A stretch of 63,623 bases of DNA, counting the filler. It is 4 parts of 4 records of this genome, joined end to end, with 100 filler letters (N's around TTAATTAATTAA, not from the genome) between each part and the next. Parts side by side here need not be neighbours in the genome. Positions count along the whole stretch, not along the records: positions 1 to 13,910 come from SRR22947725_3700; 3 more parts are not named here. One strand, 5' to 3'. The notes below the pieces were generated by a model. It worked only from the letters and a program-made list of their open reading frames with translations, was not told where the DNA came from and did not search any database. Shown one piece after another: positions 1 through 9,196 of this stretch (position 1 is the first letter of the stretch; the number at the start of each line of letters is the position of its first letter). A program made the translations under genes and the position numbers.

Positions 1-824
1 GGCTCAAGATGGATGGCATGACCATAAAGGCCGCGTGCGCCCAGCAGGCCGAATTGCGCATAGGTCTCGAGATAGTCGCGCGCCTCTGGAAACAGGCTGC
101 GCACCCAGGCGATTTCTTCAGTTTGCTCGGACAGGTGAGTTTGCATCAAGCAGTCTGGACGTTCTTGCCACAGCCCGCCCAAGGCGGCGAGCTGCTCTGG
201 GGTTGATGTCGGTGAAAACCGGGGGGTGATGGCATAGCTCAAGCGGCCGCGCCCATGCCATGTATCGATCAAATCTTTGCTGTCATCATAAGCCGATTGC
301 GCCGTGTCGATCAGGCCGTCTGGCGCATTGCGATCCATACAGGTCTTGCCGCCCACCACGCGCATTCCGCGCGCCTGGGCTGCCTCAAAATAGGCGGTGA
401 CAGAAGCAGGGGCGGAGGTGCAATAGCTGGCCATGGTCGTCGTACCATGACTGAGGGCAATGTCGAGATAGCGCCCAGCAATCTTGGCGGCGTAATCGGG
501 ATCTGCCAGACGCATTTCCTCGGGAAATGTATAGCTGTTCAGCCAGTCGATGAGCCGCTTGCCCCAGCTGGCGATGATGGCGGTTTGCGGATAGTGCACA
601 TGCGCATCGACAAAGCCTGGAACGATTAAATCCGCGCCATAATCGACAATTTTGGCCCCAGGATGGGCTTGGCAGAGCGCTGCACGCGCGCCCACCTCAG
701 CAATTTGTCCACCCCGCAGCAATACAGCACCATCTCGCCTATGCGTGGTGACCTCCTGCCAGGGCGCCTGGAAGGGATCACCGCTGAAACAAAGGGTTTG
801 TCCGAGGAGAAGTGTGTCGGTCAT
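1..824 (-). CDS. guaD: Guanine deaminase, 3' end truncated by window start
   Basis: Absent from the ORF track (no stop in window). Manual translation from ATG 824 gives MTDTLLLGQTL...PGFVDAHVHYPQTAIIASWGKRLIDWLNSYTFPEE, with the amidohydrolase HxH motif and guanine deaminase signature. Confidence 0.9.
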   Translation of the reverse strand, partial: MTDTLLLGQTLCFSGDPFQAPWQEVTTHRRDGAVLLRGGQIAEVGARAALCQAHPGAKIVDYGADLIVPGFVDAHVHYPQTAIIASWGKRLIDWLNSYTFPEEMRLADPDYAAKIAGRYLDIALSHGTTTMASYCTSAPASVTAYFEAAQARGMRVVGGKTCMDRNAPDGLIDTAQSAYDDSKDLIDTWHGRGRLSYAITPRFSPTSTPEQLAALGGLWQERPDCLMQTHLSEQTEEIAWVRSLFPEARDYLETYAQFGLLGARGLYGHAIHLE

Positions 825-895
825 GAAAAGCAGTCCAAAAATTCTTTTATCTGGCTATATCTTGTCATATGAAATGAGACTTCGTAAAGGCAGGT

Positions 896-2269
896 ATGAC
901 AGATCTTTATGAAACCTCCGTCGAGCCAAGCGATGTTTTGGATGCCCAAAGGGTCTCTGATGTGCGTGGGGCGGTGGAGCATGAAGATGCGCAGCGGCTC
1001 CACACGCTGCTCGAACCTTTGCATCCGGCTGATATTGCTGACCTTTTAGAGCAGGTGAGCGACTCCGTGCGAGCGGGAATCTTGCGCCTGTGGAAAGACG
1101 GCATTGATGGCGATGTTTTGTCGGAGCTGGACGATAGCATCCGCGAAGATATCATCGATGGGCTGGACGCGGCCGAGTTGGCCGTTGCGGTGCGCGATTT
1201 GGACTCCGACGATGTGGTGGATCTGCTCGAAGATCTCGACGAGCCGCAACAAGAGGCCATACTCGGCGCATTGGATGATGCGGAACGGGTTGTTGTCGAG
1301 CAATCCCTGTCTTTCCCAGAGGAATCGGCCGGCCGTTTGATGCAACGCGAAGTGGTCATGGCGCCAGAGCATTGGAACGTGGGCCGAGCGATTGATTACC
1401 TGCGCCGGCAAGAAGATTTGCCCGAACAGTTTTACCATATGATCCTTATCGACCCGCGTCTGCGTCCCACGGGCTATGTCACACTTGGCAAGCTTTTGGG
1501 CACCAAGCGCGCCACGCCGATGCTTGAGATTGCCGAAGACAGTTTTCGCACCATTCCGGTCGATCAGCCGGAAAAAGATGTGGCCTATGCCTTCAATCAA
1601 TATCATCTCATCTCTGCCCCGGTTGTGGACGCCGATGATCGACTTGTCGGCGTGATCACCATTGATGACGCGATGATCGTGCTCGATGAGGAATATGAAG
1701 AGGATATGATGCGTCTGGCGGGGGTCGGGGAAGGCTCGCTGTCGGACAGTGTCTTGGACACCACACGCGGTCGTTTGCCCTGGTTGGCGGTGAACTTGGC
1801 AACGGCGATTATCGCGTCTTTGGTCATTTCTATGTTCGAAGCCACGATTGCGCAATTTGTGGCGCTGGCGGTTTTGATGCCGATTGTCGCATCGATGGGT
1901 GGCAATGCCGGCACGCAGTCGCTCACCGTGGCCGTGCGGGCCATTGCGACTAAGGATTTGACGACCTCCAATGTCTGGCGGGTTATCCGCCGGGAAGTCC
2001 TGGTGGGGCTTCTCAATGGCATGATCTTTGCGCTGGTTTTGGGTTTCGTCGGATATTTCTGGTTTGGCTCTTCGATCATCGGGTGGGTCTTGGCGCTGGC
2101 CATGGTGCTCAATATGGTCGTGGCAGGGCTGGCCGGCACGGTGATCCCGGTGGCGCTCGAGAAAATTGGCATCGACCCGGCTTTGGCTTCGGGTGCCTTT
2201 GTGACCACTGTGACCGATGTGGTCGGCTTTTTTGCCTTTCTGGGGCTTGCGGCCTGGATGTTGTTGTGA
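896..2269 (+). CDS. mgtE: Magnesium transporter MgtE
   Basis: Acidic N-domain (LHPADIADLLE), CBS pair, TM domain with PIVASMGGNAGTQ and DPALASGAFVTTVTDVVGF. Confidence 0.95.
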   Translation: MTDLYETSVEPSDVLDAQRVSDVRGAVEHEDAQRLHTLLEPLHPADIADLLEQVSDSVRAGILRLWKDGIDGDVLSELDDSIREDIIDGLDAAELAVAVRDLDSDDVVDLLEDLDEPQQEAILGALDDAERVVVEQSLSFPEESAGRLMQREVVMAPEHWNVGRAIDYLRRQEDLPEQFYHMILIDPRLRPTGYVTLGKLLGTKRATPMLEIAEDSFRTIPVDQPEKDVAYAFNQYHLISAPVVDADDRLVGVITIDDAMIVLDEEYEEDMMRLAGVGEGSLSDSVLDTTRGRLPWLAVNLATAIIASLVISMFEATIAQFVALAVLMPIVASMGGNAGTQSLTVAVRAIATKDLTTSNVWRVIRREVLVGLLNGMIFALVLGFVGYFWFGSSIIGWVLALAMVLNMVVAGLAGTVIPVALEKIGIDPALASGAFVTTVTDVVGFFAFLGLAAWMLL

Positions 2270-2826
2270 GTCTAGAGGCGCAAAAGACGGAGGCACGGCG
2301 CGCGGCTTTTGCCCGTCGCAAACAGGCCCATGCGGCGCAAAGCGGGGCAAGCGCTGGTGTATTGTCGGATGTTTTGGCCGGTTATCGCGGCGCGCCCGTG
2401 GCAGGCTTCATGCCCATCGGTACGGAAATTGACCCGTCCCCGGCTTTGGCAGAGGCCTCAGCCCATGGACCGGTCGGCCTGCCGGTGATTCAAGCGGCTG
2501 GGGCGCCTTTGCGTTTTGCGCTCTATACACCCGGCATGCAAATGGTGGAGGGGGCGTTTAAGGCGCTGATTCCGGTTGAACTCACATGGATGGTGCCAGA
2601 AATTGTGATCGTGCCGCTTGTGGCTTGGGATGCGCAGGGTGGGCGTCTGGGCTATGGTGGCGGGTTTTATGACCGCACGCTGGAGGGGCTGCGGGCCCGT
2701 GGGCCGGTATTGGCCATTGGCTTTGCGTTCAACGCGCAACAGGCGGAGGCGTTGCCCTTAGAGCCCACAGATCAACCGCTTGACATGATTGTGACGGAAG
2801 ACCGGATCGTGCAATTTTCCATCTAA
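2266..2826 (+). CDS. 5-formyltetrahydrofolate cyclo-ligase
   Basis: VPLVAWDAQGGRLGYGGGFYDRTL and EPTDQPLD motifs; GTG start overlaps the mgtE stop (GTGA). Confidence 0.92.
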   Translation: MSLEAQKTEARRAAFARRKQAHAAQSGASAGVLSDVLAGYRGAPVAGFMPIGTEIDPSPALAEASAHGPVGLPVIQAAGAPLRFALYTPGMQMVEGAFKALIPVELTWMVPEIVIVPLVAWDAQGGRLGYGGGFYDRTLEGLRARGPVLAIGFAFNAQQAEALPLEPTDQPLDMIVTEDRIVQFSI

Positions 2827-2843
2827 TCCAAGGCTTTGATCGG

Positions 2844-2878
2844 GTTTTGGCTCGGCGGCTGAGTTTTGCAGAAGTCTT
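2844..2878 (+). repeat. Left arm of imperfect 35-bp inverted repeat flanking the box cluster
   Basis: GTTTTGGCTCGGCGGCTGAGTTTTGCAGAAGTCTT matches the reverse complement of 13866-13900 at 28/35 positions (16 of the first 17). Confidence 0.7.
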
Positions 2879-3057
2879 CAGGGAAAAATGCTGTTTTTTG
2901 GCGTGGGTGACCTGCTGGGTTGCGGGCGGCGCCAAATTTCATATGCTCCTAAAAAACGGAGGGTCTTGGCAAGAGCTGACCCAAGCCCGGCGACAGATCG
3001 GGCTGGACAGCATTTGCAGCCCCTCTGATGCAAGGTTCTTTGGGAGGAGATCTGATC

Positions 3058-4593
3058 ATGACGGGCAACGCGGCGCATTGGTTTGTGGATCGGCACATCG
3101 CAGAGGGGCGCGGCGCGAAAACCGCATTTGAGGAAGCCTGGGAGGGCGGGCGGCAGCTGACCTATGGGGCGCTGGCCGAGGGCGCGGGCCAAGTCGCCGA
3201 TGCCTTAACGCGCTCCGGCATTTCACGAGAAGCGCGCGCGGCGATGTTTGTGCTTGATCAAATCGAGTTTCCGCAGATTTTCTGGGGTGCTCTGAAGGCG
3301 GGTGTTGTGCCCGTTGCACTCAACACATTATTGTCCACGGACGTCTATGGCGCCATTCTGCGAGACAGCCGGGCTGCGATTGCCTTTGTCTCGCAAGAGC
3401 TTTGGGATGTGGTTGCGCCTGCGGTGCAAGCCTCACCGCACCTGCGCCACATTGTTGTGATCGGCCCCGAGGCCCCGGAGGGAACCCAGTCTTGGGAGGC
3501 GTTTGTGGCCGGAACCACGCCCGCAGAGACGCTGGAGTGCTCGGCAGATGAAATCGCATTTTGGCTCTATTCGTCCGGTTCAACGGGTGCGCCGAAGGGC
3601 GTGCGGCATGTGCATTCCGCATTGCGCCAAACCTGTGACACATTCGCCCGGCAGGTTTTGGATATTCAGGAGACTGACAAGGTGTTTTCGGCTGCCAAAT
3701 TGTTTTTTGCCTATGGGCTGGGCAATGGCATGTCATTTCCCATGTCGGTTGGGGCCACCAGCGTGTTGTTTAATGGCCGGCCGACACCAGACACTGTGAG
3801 CCATATTTTGGAGGCTCATCATCCCACAGTTTACTACGGTGTGCCGACGCTCTTTGCCGCGCTGCTGCACAAGTGGGAGACGGATGGGGCGGCGCCTCAG
3901 GTGCCGCTGCGTTGCTGCACCTCAGCCGGAGAGGCGTTGCCGGCGGAAATTGGCCGCAAGTGGCGTGATCTTATGGGCATCGATATTATCGACGGGGTCG
4001 GATCAACGGAAATGCTGCATATTTTCCTCTCCAACCGGCCCGGTGACGTGCAGTATGGCACATCGGGCACGGCGGTTCCGGGCTATGAGGTTCGGCTGGT
4101 CGATGAGGATGGCGCCGAGGTTGGCACTGGCGTTGTGGGGGAGCTTTTGGTACGCGGCGGATCTGCCGCCGCCGATTATTGGAACCAACGCGATAAAACC
4201 CGCCGAACCTTCGAAGGAGAATGGACCCGCACGGGTGATAAATATGAACGCACTGCGGCGGGCCGCTTTATCTACTGTGGGCGCACAGATGATATGTTCA
4301 AGGTCTCTGGCATCTGGGTCAGCCCATTTGAGATTGAGCAGGCCCTGGTCGCGTTTCCAGCCGTATTGGAGGCCGCTGTTGTGGCCCATCGCGATGAGGA
4401 TGATTTGGAAAAACCCAAAGCCTTTGTGGTGCTGAAGCCCGGGCATGGACCGGAGGCGGTGGCGGGCATTCGCGCGTTTATCAAAGACAAAATCGGCAAG
4501 TGGAAATATCCCAGATGGATCGAGATCATTGACGACTTGCCGAAAACCTCTACCGGCAAAATCCAACGCTTCAAACTGCGCGGCCGGTCGTGA
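3058..4593 (+). CDS. Benzoate-CoA ligase
   Basis: AFWLYSSGSTGAPKG AMP-binding motif, AKLFFAYGLGN, GVGSTEMLHIF, KIQRFKLR; GGAGG RBS before ATG 3058; box context. Confidence 0.92.
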   Translation: MTGNAAHWFVDRHIAEGRGAKTAFEEAWEGGRQLTYGALAEGAGQVADALTRSGISREARAAMFVLDQIEFPQIFWGALKAGVVPVALNTLLSTDVYGAILRDSRAAIAFVSQELWDVVAPAVQASPHLRHIVVIGPEAPEGTQSWEAFVAGTTPAETLECSADEIAFWLYSSGSTGAPKGVRHVHSALRQTCDTFARQVLDIQETDKVFSAAKLFFAYGLGNGMSFPMSVGATSVLFNGRPTPDTVSHILEAHHPTVYYGVPTLFAALLHKWETDGAAPQVPLRCCTSAGEALPAEIGRKWRDLMGIDIIDGVGSTEMLHIFLSNRPGDVQYGTSGTAVPGYEVRLVDEDGAEVGTGVVGELLVRGGSAAADYWNQRDKTRRTFEGEWTRTGDKYERTAAGRFIYCGRTDDMFKVSGIWVSPFEIEQALVAFPAVLEAAVVAHRDEDDLEKPKAFVVLKPGHGPEAVAGIRAFIKDKIGKWKYPRWIEIIDDLPKTSTGKIQRFKLRGRS

Positions 4594-5408
4594 GCGCCCG
4601 ATGGGCAGATGTGGGATCGTTGAAGGCGGGGGGGAAGTGGCTGGAATATGGCCGCCTGGGGCCAGCGCCAGCTGAGGCGCCAACTGTGGTCTTGCTGCAT
4701 GAGGGGTTAGGGTCTCGCGATCTTTGGCGCGATTTTCCAGAGCGGCTGAGTGCCGCGACAGGCTGGGGGGTCTGCGCCTATTCGCGGGCGGGCTATGGCG
4801 GCTCTGACCCGGCCGCTCTGCCGCGCCCGCTCGATTACATGACCCGTGAGGCGCGCCTGGTTCTGCCCGAGGTTCTGAATGCCATCGGGTTTGAACGCGG
4901 CCTTTTGATGGGCCATAGTGATGGGGCTACGATTGCGGCGATCTATGCGGGAACGGTGCCAGATCCGCGGCTGTGCGGCCTTGTCACCATTGCGCCACAT
5001 TTTTTCACCGAGGCGATTGGTCTGCGCGAAATCGCGCGGGCGAAACAGGCGTTTGACAGTGGAGATTTGCGGGCGCGATTGGCGCGGCACCACCATGATC
5101 CCGACAATTGCTTTCGTGGCTGGAATGACGCCTGGCTGCATCCTGGGTTTAAAGATTGGACTGTTTCAGATGCGCTTGACGGTATCGGCGTGCCGGTCTT
5201 GGCCATTCAAGGCGCAGAGGACCAATATGGCACATTGGCGCAAATCGATGAGGTTGAGCGCCGTTGCCCGACGCCGGTGGAGCGGGTTGTTCTGCCCGGT
5301 TGCGGCCATGATCCCTGCTATGAGCGATCAGAGTGGGTTTTGCGCGCGCTCTCGCGCTTTTGCGCAGATTTGGACCACGCGCCGGCCAGGCCCGGTGTCG
5401 CATCTTGA
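4590..5408 (+). CDS. Alpha/beta hydrolase of box cluster (putative lactonase)
   Basis: LHEGLGS and GHSDG nucleophile motif; start overlaps the ligase stop. Confidence 0.8.
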   Translation: MSARWADVGSLKAGGKWLEYGRLGPAPAEAPTVVLLHEGLGSRDLWRDFPERLSAATGWGVCAYSRAGYGGSDPAALPRPLDYMTREARLVLPEVLNAIGFERGLLMGHSDGATIAAIYAGTVPDPRLCGLVTIAPHFFTEAIGLREIARAKQAFDSGDLRARLARHHHDPDNCFRGWNDAWLHPGFKDWTVSDALDGIGVPVLAIQGAEDQYGTLAQIDEVERRCPTPVERVVLPGCGHDPCYERSEWVLRALSRFCADLDHAPARPGVAS

Positions 5409-5848
5409 CGGGCGCGGCGCGAGACGTTCCGGAACATGCCTATGTTCCAGGACAGACCGCACGCCATGCGGAGGGGCGGTTTGCGCCCATATGCGCCACA
5501 GCACAGCTGGGCATGAGCACCGCGCAATTGGCGCAAAGTGAGGCCTTTTGCACGGGATTGTATTATCTGCAGCGCGGATATTTTTGGGAGGCTCATGAGC
5601 TGTTTGAGCCTGTCTGGATGGCTCTCGAGGAGGGCAGTGAGGAACGCCGTCTTCTACAGGCCTTGATCCAGCTCGCCAATGCGCAGCTCAAGCTCAGGAT
5701 GCAGCGTCCCAAGGCGGCGAGTCGTCTGTGCATTATGGTGCGCGGATTGTTGGAGAAGCTGACCGGGGCGCGGGTTATGGGGCAAGACATCTCTCAGATT
5801 ATGGCGCGCCTGGAGGCGGTGGAGGCCCGTGCCTATGGTGAATTATAG
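5405..5848 (+). CDS. DUF309-family protein
   Basis: GYFWEAHELFEPVW...LQALIQLA signature; TTG start overlapping the upstream stop is inferred. Confidence 0.75.
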   Translation: MTGAARDVPEHAYVPGQTARHAEGRFAPICATAQLGMSTAQLAQSEAFCTGLYYLQRGYFWEAHELFEPVWMALEEGSEERRLLQALIQLANAQLKLRMQRPKAASRLCIMVRGLLEKLTGARVMGQDISQIMARLEAVEARAYGEL

Positions 5849-5927
5849 TGCATAAAATGCCAGTAATTTGGTTTTATAATTCCAAATAATTGAAAAATAG
5901 TAAGTAAATTTATGTTCTATTATGCAC
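5838..5927. promoter_or_regulatory. Two candidate BoxR operators upstream of boxC
   Basis: GTGAATTATAGTGCAT (5838-5853) and ATGTTCTATTATGCAC (5912-5927) both resemble the palindrome ATGCACTATAGTGCAT, in an AT-rich gap. BzdR/BoxR regulators are known to bind TGCA-containing sites. Confidence 0.55.
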
Positions 5928-5991
5928 GAAATTGTTTACCTCCTCCGATCTCTTCTCTAGCCTGATGCCAAACCACAAAAGGGCTTCCTGC

Positions 5992-7647
5992 ATGACCCAA
6001 GTCATAGATTTTCGGACCGATCCGGCTAAATATCGCCATTGGCGTGTCACCTATCATGGGGATGTGGCCAATTTGATTATGGATGTAGATGAGACCGCCG
6101 GATTGTTTGAAGGCTATGAGCTGAAATTGAATTCCTATGATCTCGGGGTGGATATTGAGCTGAACGATATCGTCCAGCGAATGCGGTTTGAACATCCCGA
6201 GGTTAAGGTTGTGGTCATGCAATCGGGCAAGGAGAAAGTCTTTTGCGCCGGGGCAAATATCCGCATGCTGGGCGGCGCGGCCCATAGCCACAAGGTGAAT
6301 TTTTGCAAGTTCACCAATGAAACCCGCAACACCTATGAGGCGGCGGAGGCCGATAGTGGCCAAAAATATATTGCGGCCATCAAAGGGGCCTGCGCCGGCG
6401 GGGGCTATGAGCTGGCCTTGGCGTGCAACTATATTATGCTGACGGATGACAGCAGCTCGGCCGTGGGATTGCCCGAAGTGCCACTTCTGGCGGTTTTGCC
6501 CGGCACGGGCGGTCTAACCCGCATCACCGATAAGCGCAAAATGCGCCGCGATTTGGCTGATATCTTTTGCTCAATCGAAGAGGGTGTGAAGGGCAAACGG
6601 GCCAAAGACTGGCGCTTGGTCGATGAGGTCATTGCCAATTCCAAATTTGATCAAACCGTTCAGGACCGCGCTTTAGAATTTGCAGCCGCCTCGGACAAAG
6701 CCGTTGCCTCTCCGGGAATTTTGCTTGGCCCGCTTGAGCGGCAGATGACTGACTCTGGCATGGTTTACGAGCATATTGATGTGACTTTGGACCCTGCACA
6801 CCGCCGGGCAGAAATTACACTCAAAGGTCCGACCGCCCCAGCTCCGGCCGATATCGCAGAGCTGCAAGCGCAGGGTGATCAAGCCTATATGCTGAAGCTT
6901 TGCCGAGAGCTTGAAGATGCGATTTTGCATCTGCGGTTTAACGAAATGGATCTTGGGCTTTGGGTGTTTAAATCCCAAGGGGATGGCGCGGCCTTTTTGG
7001 CCCATGAGGCTGTGATTGCCACGAGCGATCACTGGCTGGCGGCCGAAATCCGTCATTACTGGAAACGCACGCTCAAGCGGATCGATGTGACCTCGCGCTC
7101 TTTGGCGGCTTTTGTGGAAAACGGTTCTTGTTTTGCCGGGCTATTGTCGGAAATACTCTTTGCGGTGGATCGGACCTATATGATGGAGGGGGAGTTCGAA
7201 GGTGATGAACGACCCGAGGCTGAAATTTGCCTGTCGGCTGCGAATTTCGGTCCAGTCCCCATGGGCAATGATTTGACCCGACTGCAAACGCGGTTTCTGG
7301 GCGAGCCTGAGCGTGTCGAACAGGCGCAGGACATGATCGGCGTGCCACTCGCGGCAGAGCAGGCCGATGCCTTGGGCCTGGTGACAATGATCCTTGATGA
7401 TATTGATTGGGATGATGAGCTGCGCATTTTCATGGAAGAACGCGCCAGCTTTTCCCCCGATGCGATGACGGGGATGGAGGCCAATTTGCGGTTTGCCGGT
7501 CCAGAGACGATGGAAACGCGTATCTTTGGTCGTCTGACCGCTTGGCAAAATTGGATTTTCAACCGTCCAAATGCGGTGGGCCAAGAGGGTGCTTTGCAGC
7601 GCTATGGCACGGGCCTGCGCGGAAATTTCGATATGGAACGGGTGTAG
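5992..7647 (+). CDS. boxC: 2,3-epoxybenzoyl-CoA dihydrolase
   Basis: YELKLNSYDLGVDIEL, crotonase motifs (FCAGANI, GGGYELALAC, PEVPLLAVLPGTGG), RIFGRLTAWQNWIF. Confidence 0.95.
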   Translation: MTQVIDFRTDPAKYRHWRVTYHGDVANLIMDVDETAGLFEGYELKLNSYDLGVDIELNDIVQRMRFEHPEVKVVVMQSGKEKVFCAGANIRMLGGAAHSHKVNFCKFTNETRNTYEAAEADSGQKYIAAIKGACAGGGYELALACNYIMLTDDSSSAVGLPEVPLLAVLPGTGGLTRITDKRKMRRDLADIFCSIEEGVKGKRAKDWRLVDEVIANSKFDQTVQDRALEFAAASDKAVASPGILLGPLERQMTDSGMVYEHIDVTLDPAHRRAEITLKGPTAPAPADIAELQAQGDQAYMLKLCRELEDAILHLRFNEMDLGLWVFKSQGDGAAFLAHEAVIATSDHWLAAEIRHYWKRTLKRIDVTSRSLAAFVENGSCFAGLLSEILFAVDRTYMMEGEFEGDERPEAEICLSAANFGPVPMGNDLTRLQTRFLGEPERVEQAQDMIGVPLAAEQADALGLVTMILDDIDWDDELRIFMEERASFSPDAMTGMEANLRFAGPETMETRIFGRLTAWQNWIFNRPNAVGQEGALQRYGTGLRGNFDMERV

Positions 7648-7711
7648 ACGCCCATGGATGCTCACCAACGGGCCATGTGCCACTGCTGGGTTTGATCAAC
7701 AGGAGATGGAA

Positions 7712-9163
7712 ATGCTGGATCTAATTAACGTCAATTATGACACGATGATTCCCAATAACGTGGGCCTATCGGAGGACCGTAAGGTTCTCAAAGCGCTGGA
7801 GAAATGGCATCCGGGATATATCAATTGGTGGAATGATCTGATCCCGCAGAATTTTCAAGACAGCATGGTGTATCTGCGCACAGCGGTCAGCGTGGATCCA
7901 AAGGGTTGGGCCAAGTTTGATTATGTAAAAATGCCAGAATACCGCTGGGGTGTCCTCTTGGCGCCGCAAGTGGAAGACCGCGTGATCCCGATGGGGGAGC
8001 ATGCCGGGCAGCCTGCCTGGCAAGAGGTGCCCGGTGAGTATCGCAATATGCTCAAGCGCTTGATCGTAATCCAAGGAGATACAGAGCCGGGATCTGTGGA
8101 ACAACAGCGATTTCTCGGCCTCACGGCGCCATCGCTTTATGACATGCGCAACCTGTTTCAGGTGAATGTGGAGGAGGGGCGTCACCTCTGGGCGATGGTC
8201 TATCTGTTGCAAAAATATTTTGGCAAAGACGGGCGGGAAGAGGCGGATGACTTGCTACGCCGTTCGTCAGGTTCGGAGGAAGCGCCGCGCATGCTGGGGG
8301 CCTTCAATGAGGAGACACCAGATTGGCTGTCGTTTTTCATGTTCACCTATTTCACCGACCGCGATGGCAAGATGCAGCTGGAAAGCCTGGCGCAATCAGG
8401 TTTTGATCCGCTCAGCCGCACCTGCCGATTTATGCTCACCGAGGAAGCCCATCACATGTTCGTTGGCGAGACCGGCGTGGGCCGTGTGGTGCAGGCCACC
8501 TGCGAGGCGATGAATAAAGCCGGGATCACAGATCCCTATGACATCGGTAAGGTGCGGGATTTGGGCGTGATTGATCTGCCGACCATCCAGAAAAAGCTCA
8601 ATCTGCATTATTCCTTGTCGCTGGATCTGTTTGGTCAAGAAGTCTCGACCAATGCGGCCAATGCCTTCAATTCCGGCATCAAAGGCCGCTATATGGAGCA
8701 GCGTATTCAAGACGACCACCAGCTCAAACATGACAGCTACACCGTGCGTAGCGTCGTCGATGGCCAGATTGTTGCCCAAGAGGTTCCGGCGCTGACCGCT
8801 ATAAATATGCGCCTGCGGGATGATTATATCCGCGATGCCTCGGGCGGAATTGGTCGGTGGAACAAGCTCATCGCCAAAACCGGAATTGAGTTTGAACTGG
8901 CTTTGCCGCATGAGGCCTTCCATCGTCAAATAGGCGTCTTTGCTGCGATCAAAGCCAACCCGGCGGGGGATGTGATTTCCCAAGCAGAGTGGGAGGCGCA
9001 GGCGGGAAAATGGCTGCCGACCAAGGAGGACGGCGCCTATATTCAATCGCTGATGGTGCCTTGTTTTGAGCCTGGCAAATTCGCACCTTGGATCGCGGCG
9101 CCCAAGGTGGGCATCGACAACAAGCCCGGTGACTTTGAATATGTCAAATTGCACATGGCCTAA
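7712..9163 (+). CDS. boxB: Benzoyl-CoA 2,3-epoxidase subunit B (di-iron)
   Basis: Di-iron motifs VEEGRH and EEAHH; QGDTEPGSVEQQR; AGGAG RBS. Confidence 0.95.
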   Translation: MLDLINVNYDTMIPNNVGLSEDRKVLKALEKWHPGYINWWNDLIPQNFQDSMVYLRTAVSVDPKGWAKFDYVKMPEYRWGVLLAPQVEDRVIPMGEHAGQPAWQEVPGEYRNMLKRLIVIQGDTEPGSVEQQRFLGLTAPSLYDMRNLFQVNVEEGRHLWAMVYLLQKYFGKDGREEADDLLRRSSGSEEAPRMLGAFNEETPDWLSFFMFTYFTDRDGKMQLESLAQSGFDPLSRTCRFMLTEEAHHMFVGETGVGRVVQATCEAMNKAGITDPYDIGKVRDLGVIDLPTIQKKLNLHYSLSLDLFGQEVSTNAANAFNSGIKGRYMEQRIQDDHQLKHDSYTVRSVVDGQIVAQEVPALTAINMRLRDDYIRDASGGIGRWNKLIAKTGIEFELALPHEAFHRQIGVFAAIKANPAGDVISQAEWEAQAGKWLPTKEDGAYIQSLMVPCFEPGKFAPWIAAPKVGIDNKPGDFEYVKLHMA

Positions 9164-9196
9164 GACCTGGTTGCGACCGGCACGGAAGGAACCGAT

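Noticed and set aside
9-912. Several plus-strand ORFs in the track
   Set aside because: They are antisense shadows of guaD on the minus strand.
2200-2300. 6S RNA expected upstream of 5-formyl-THF cyclo-ligase
   Set aside because: The gene start overlaps the mgtE stop, leaving no room.
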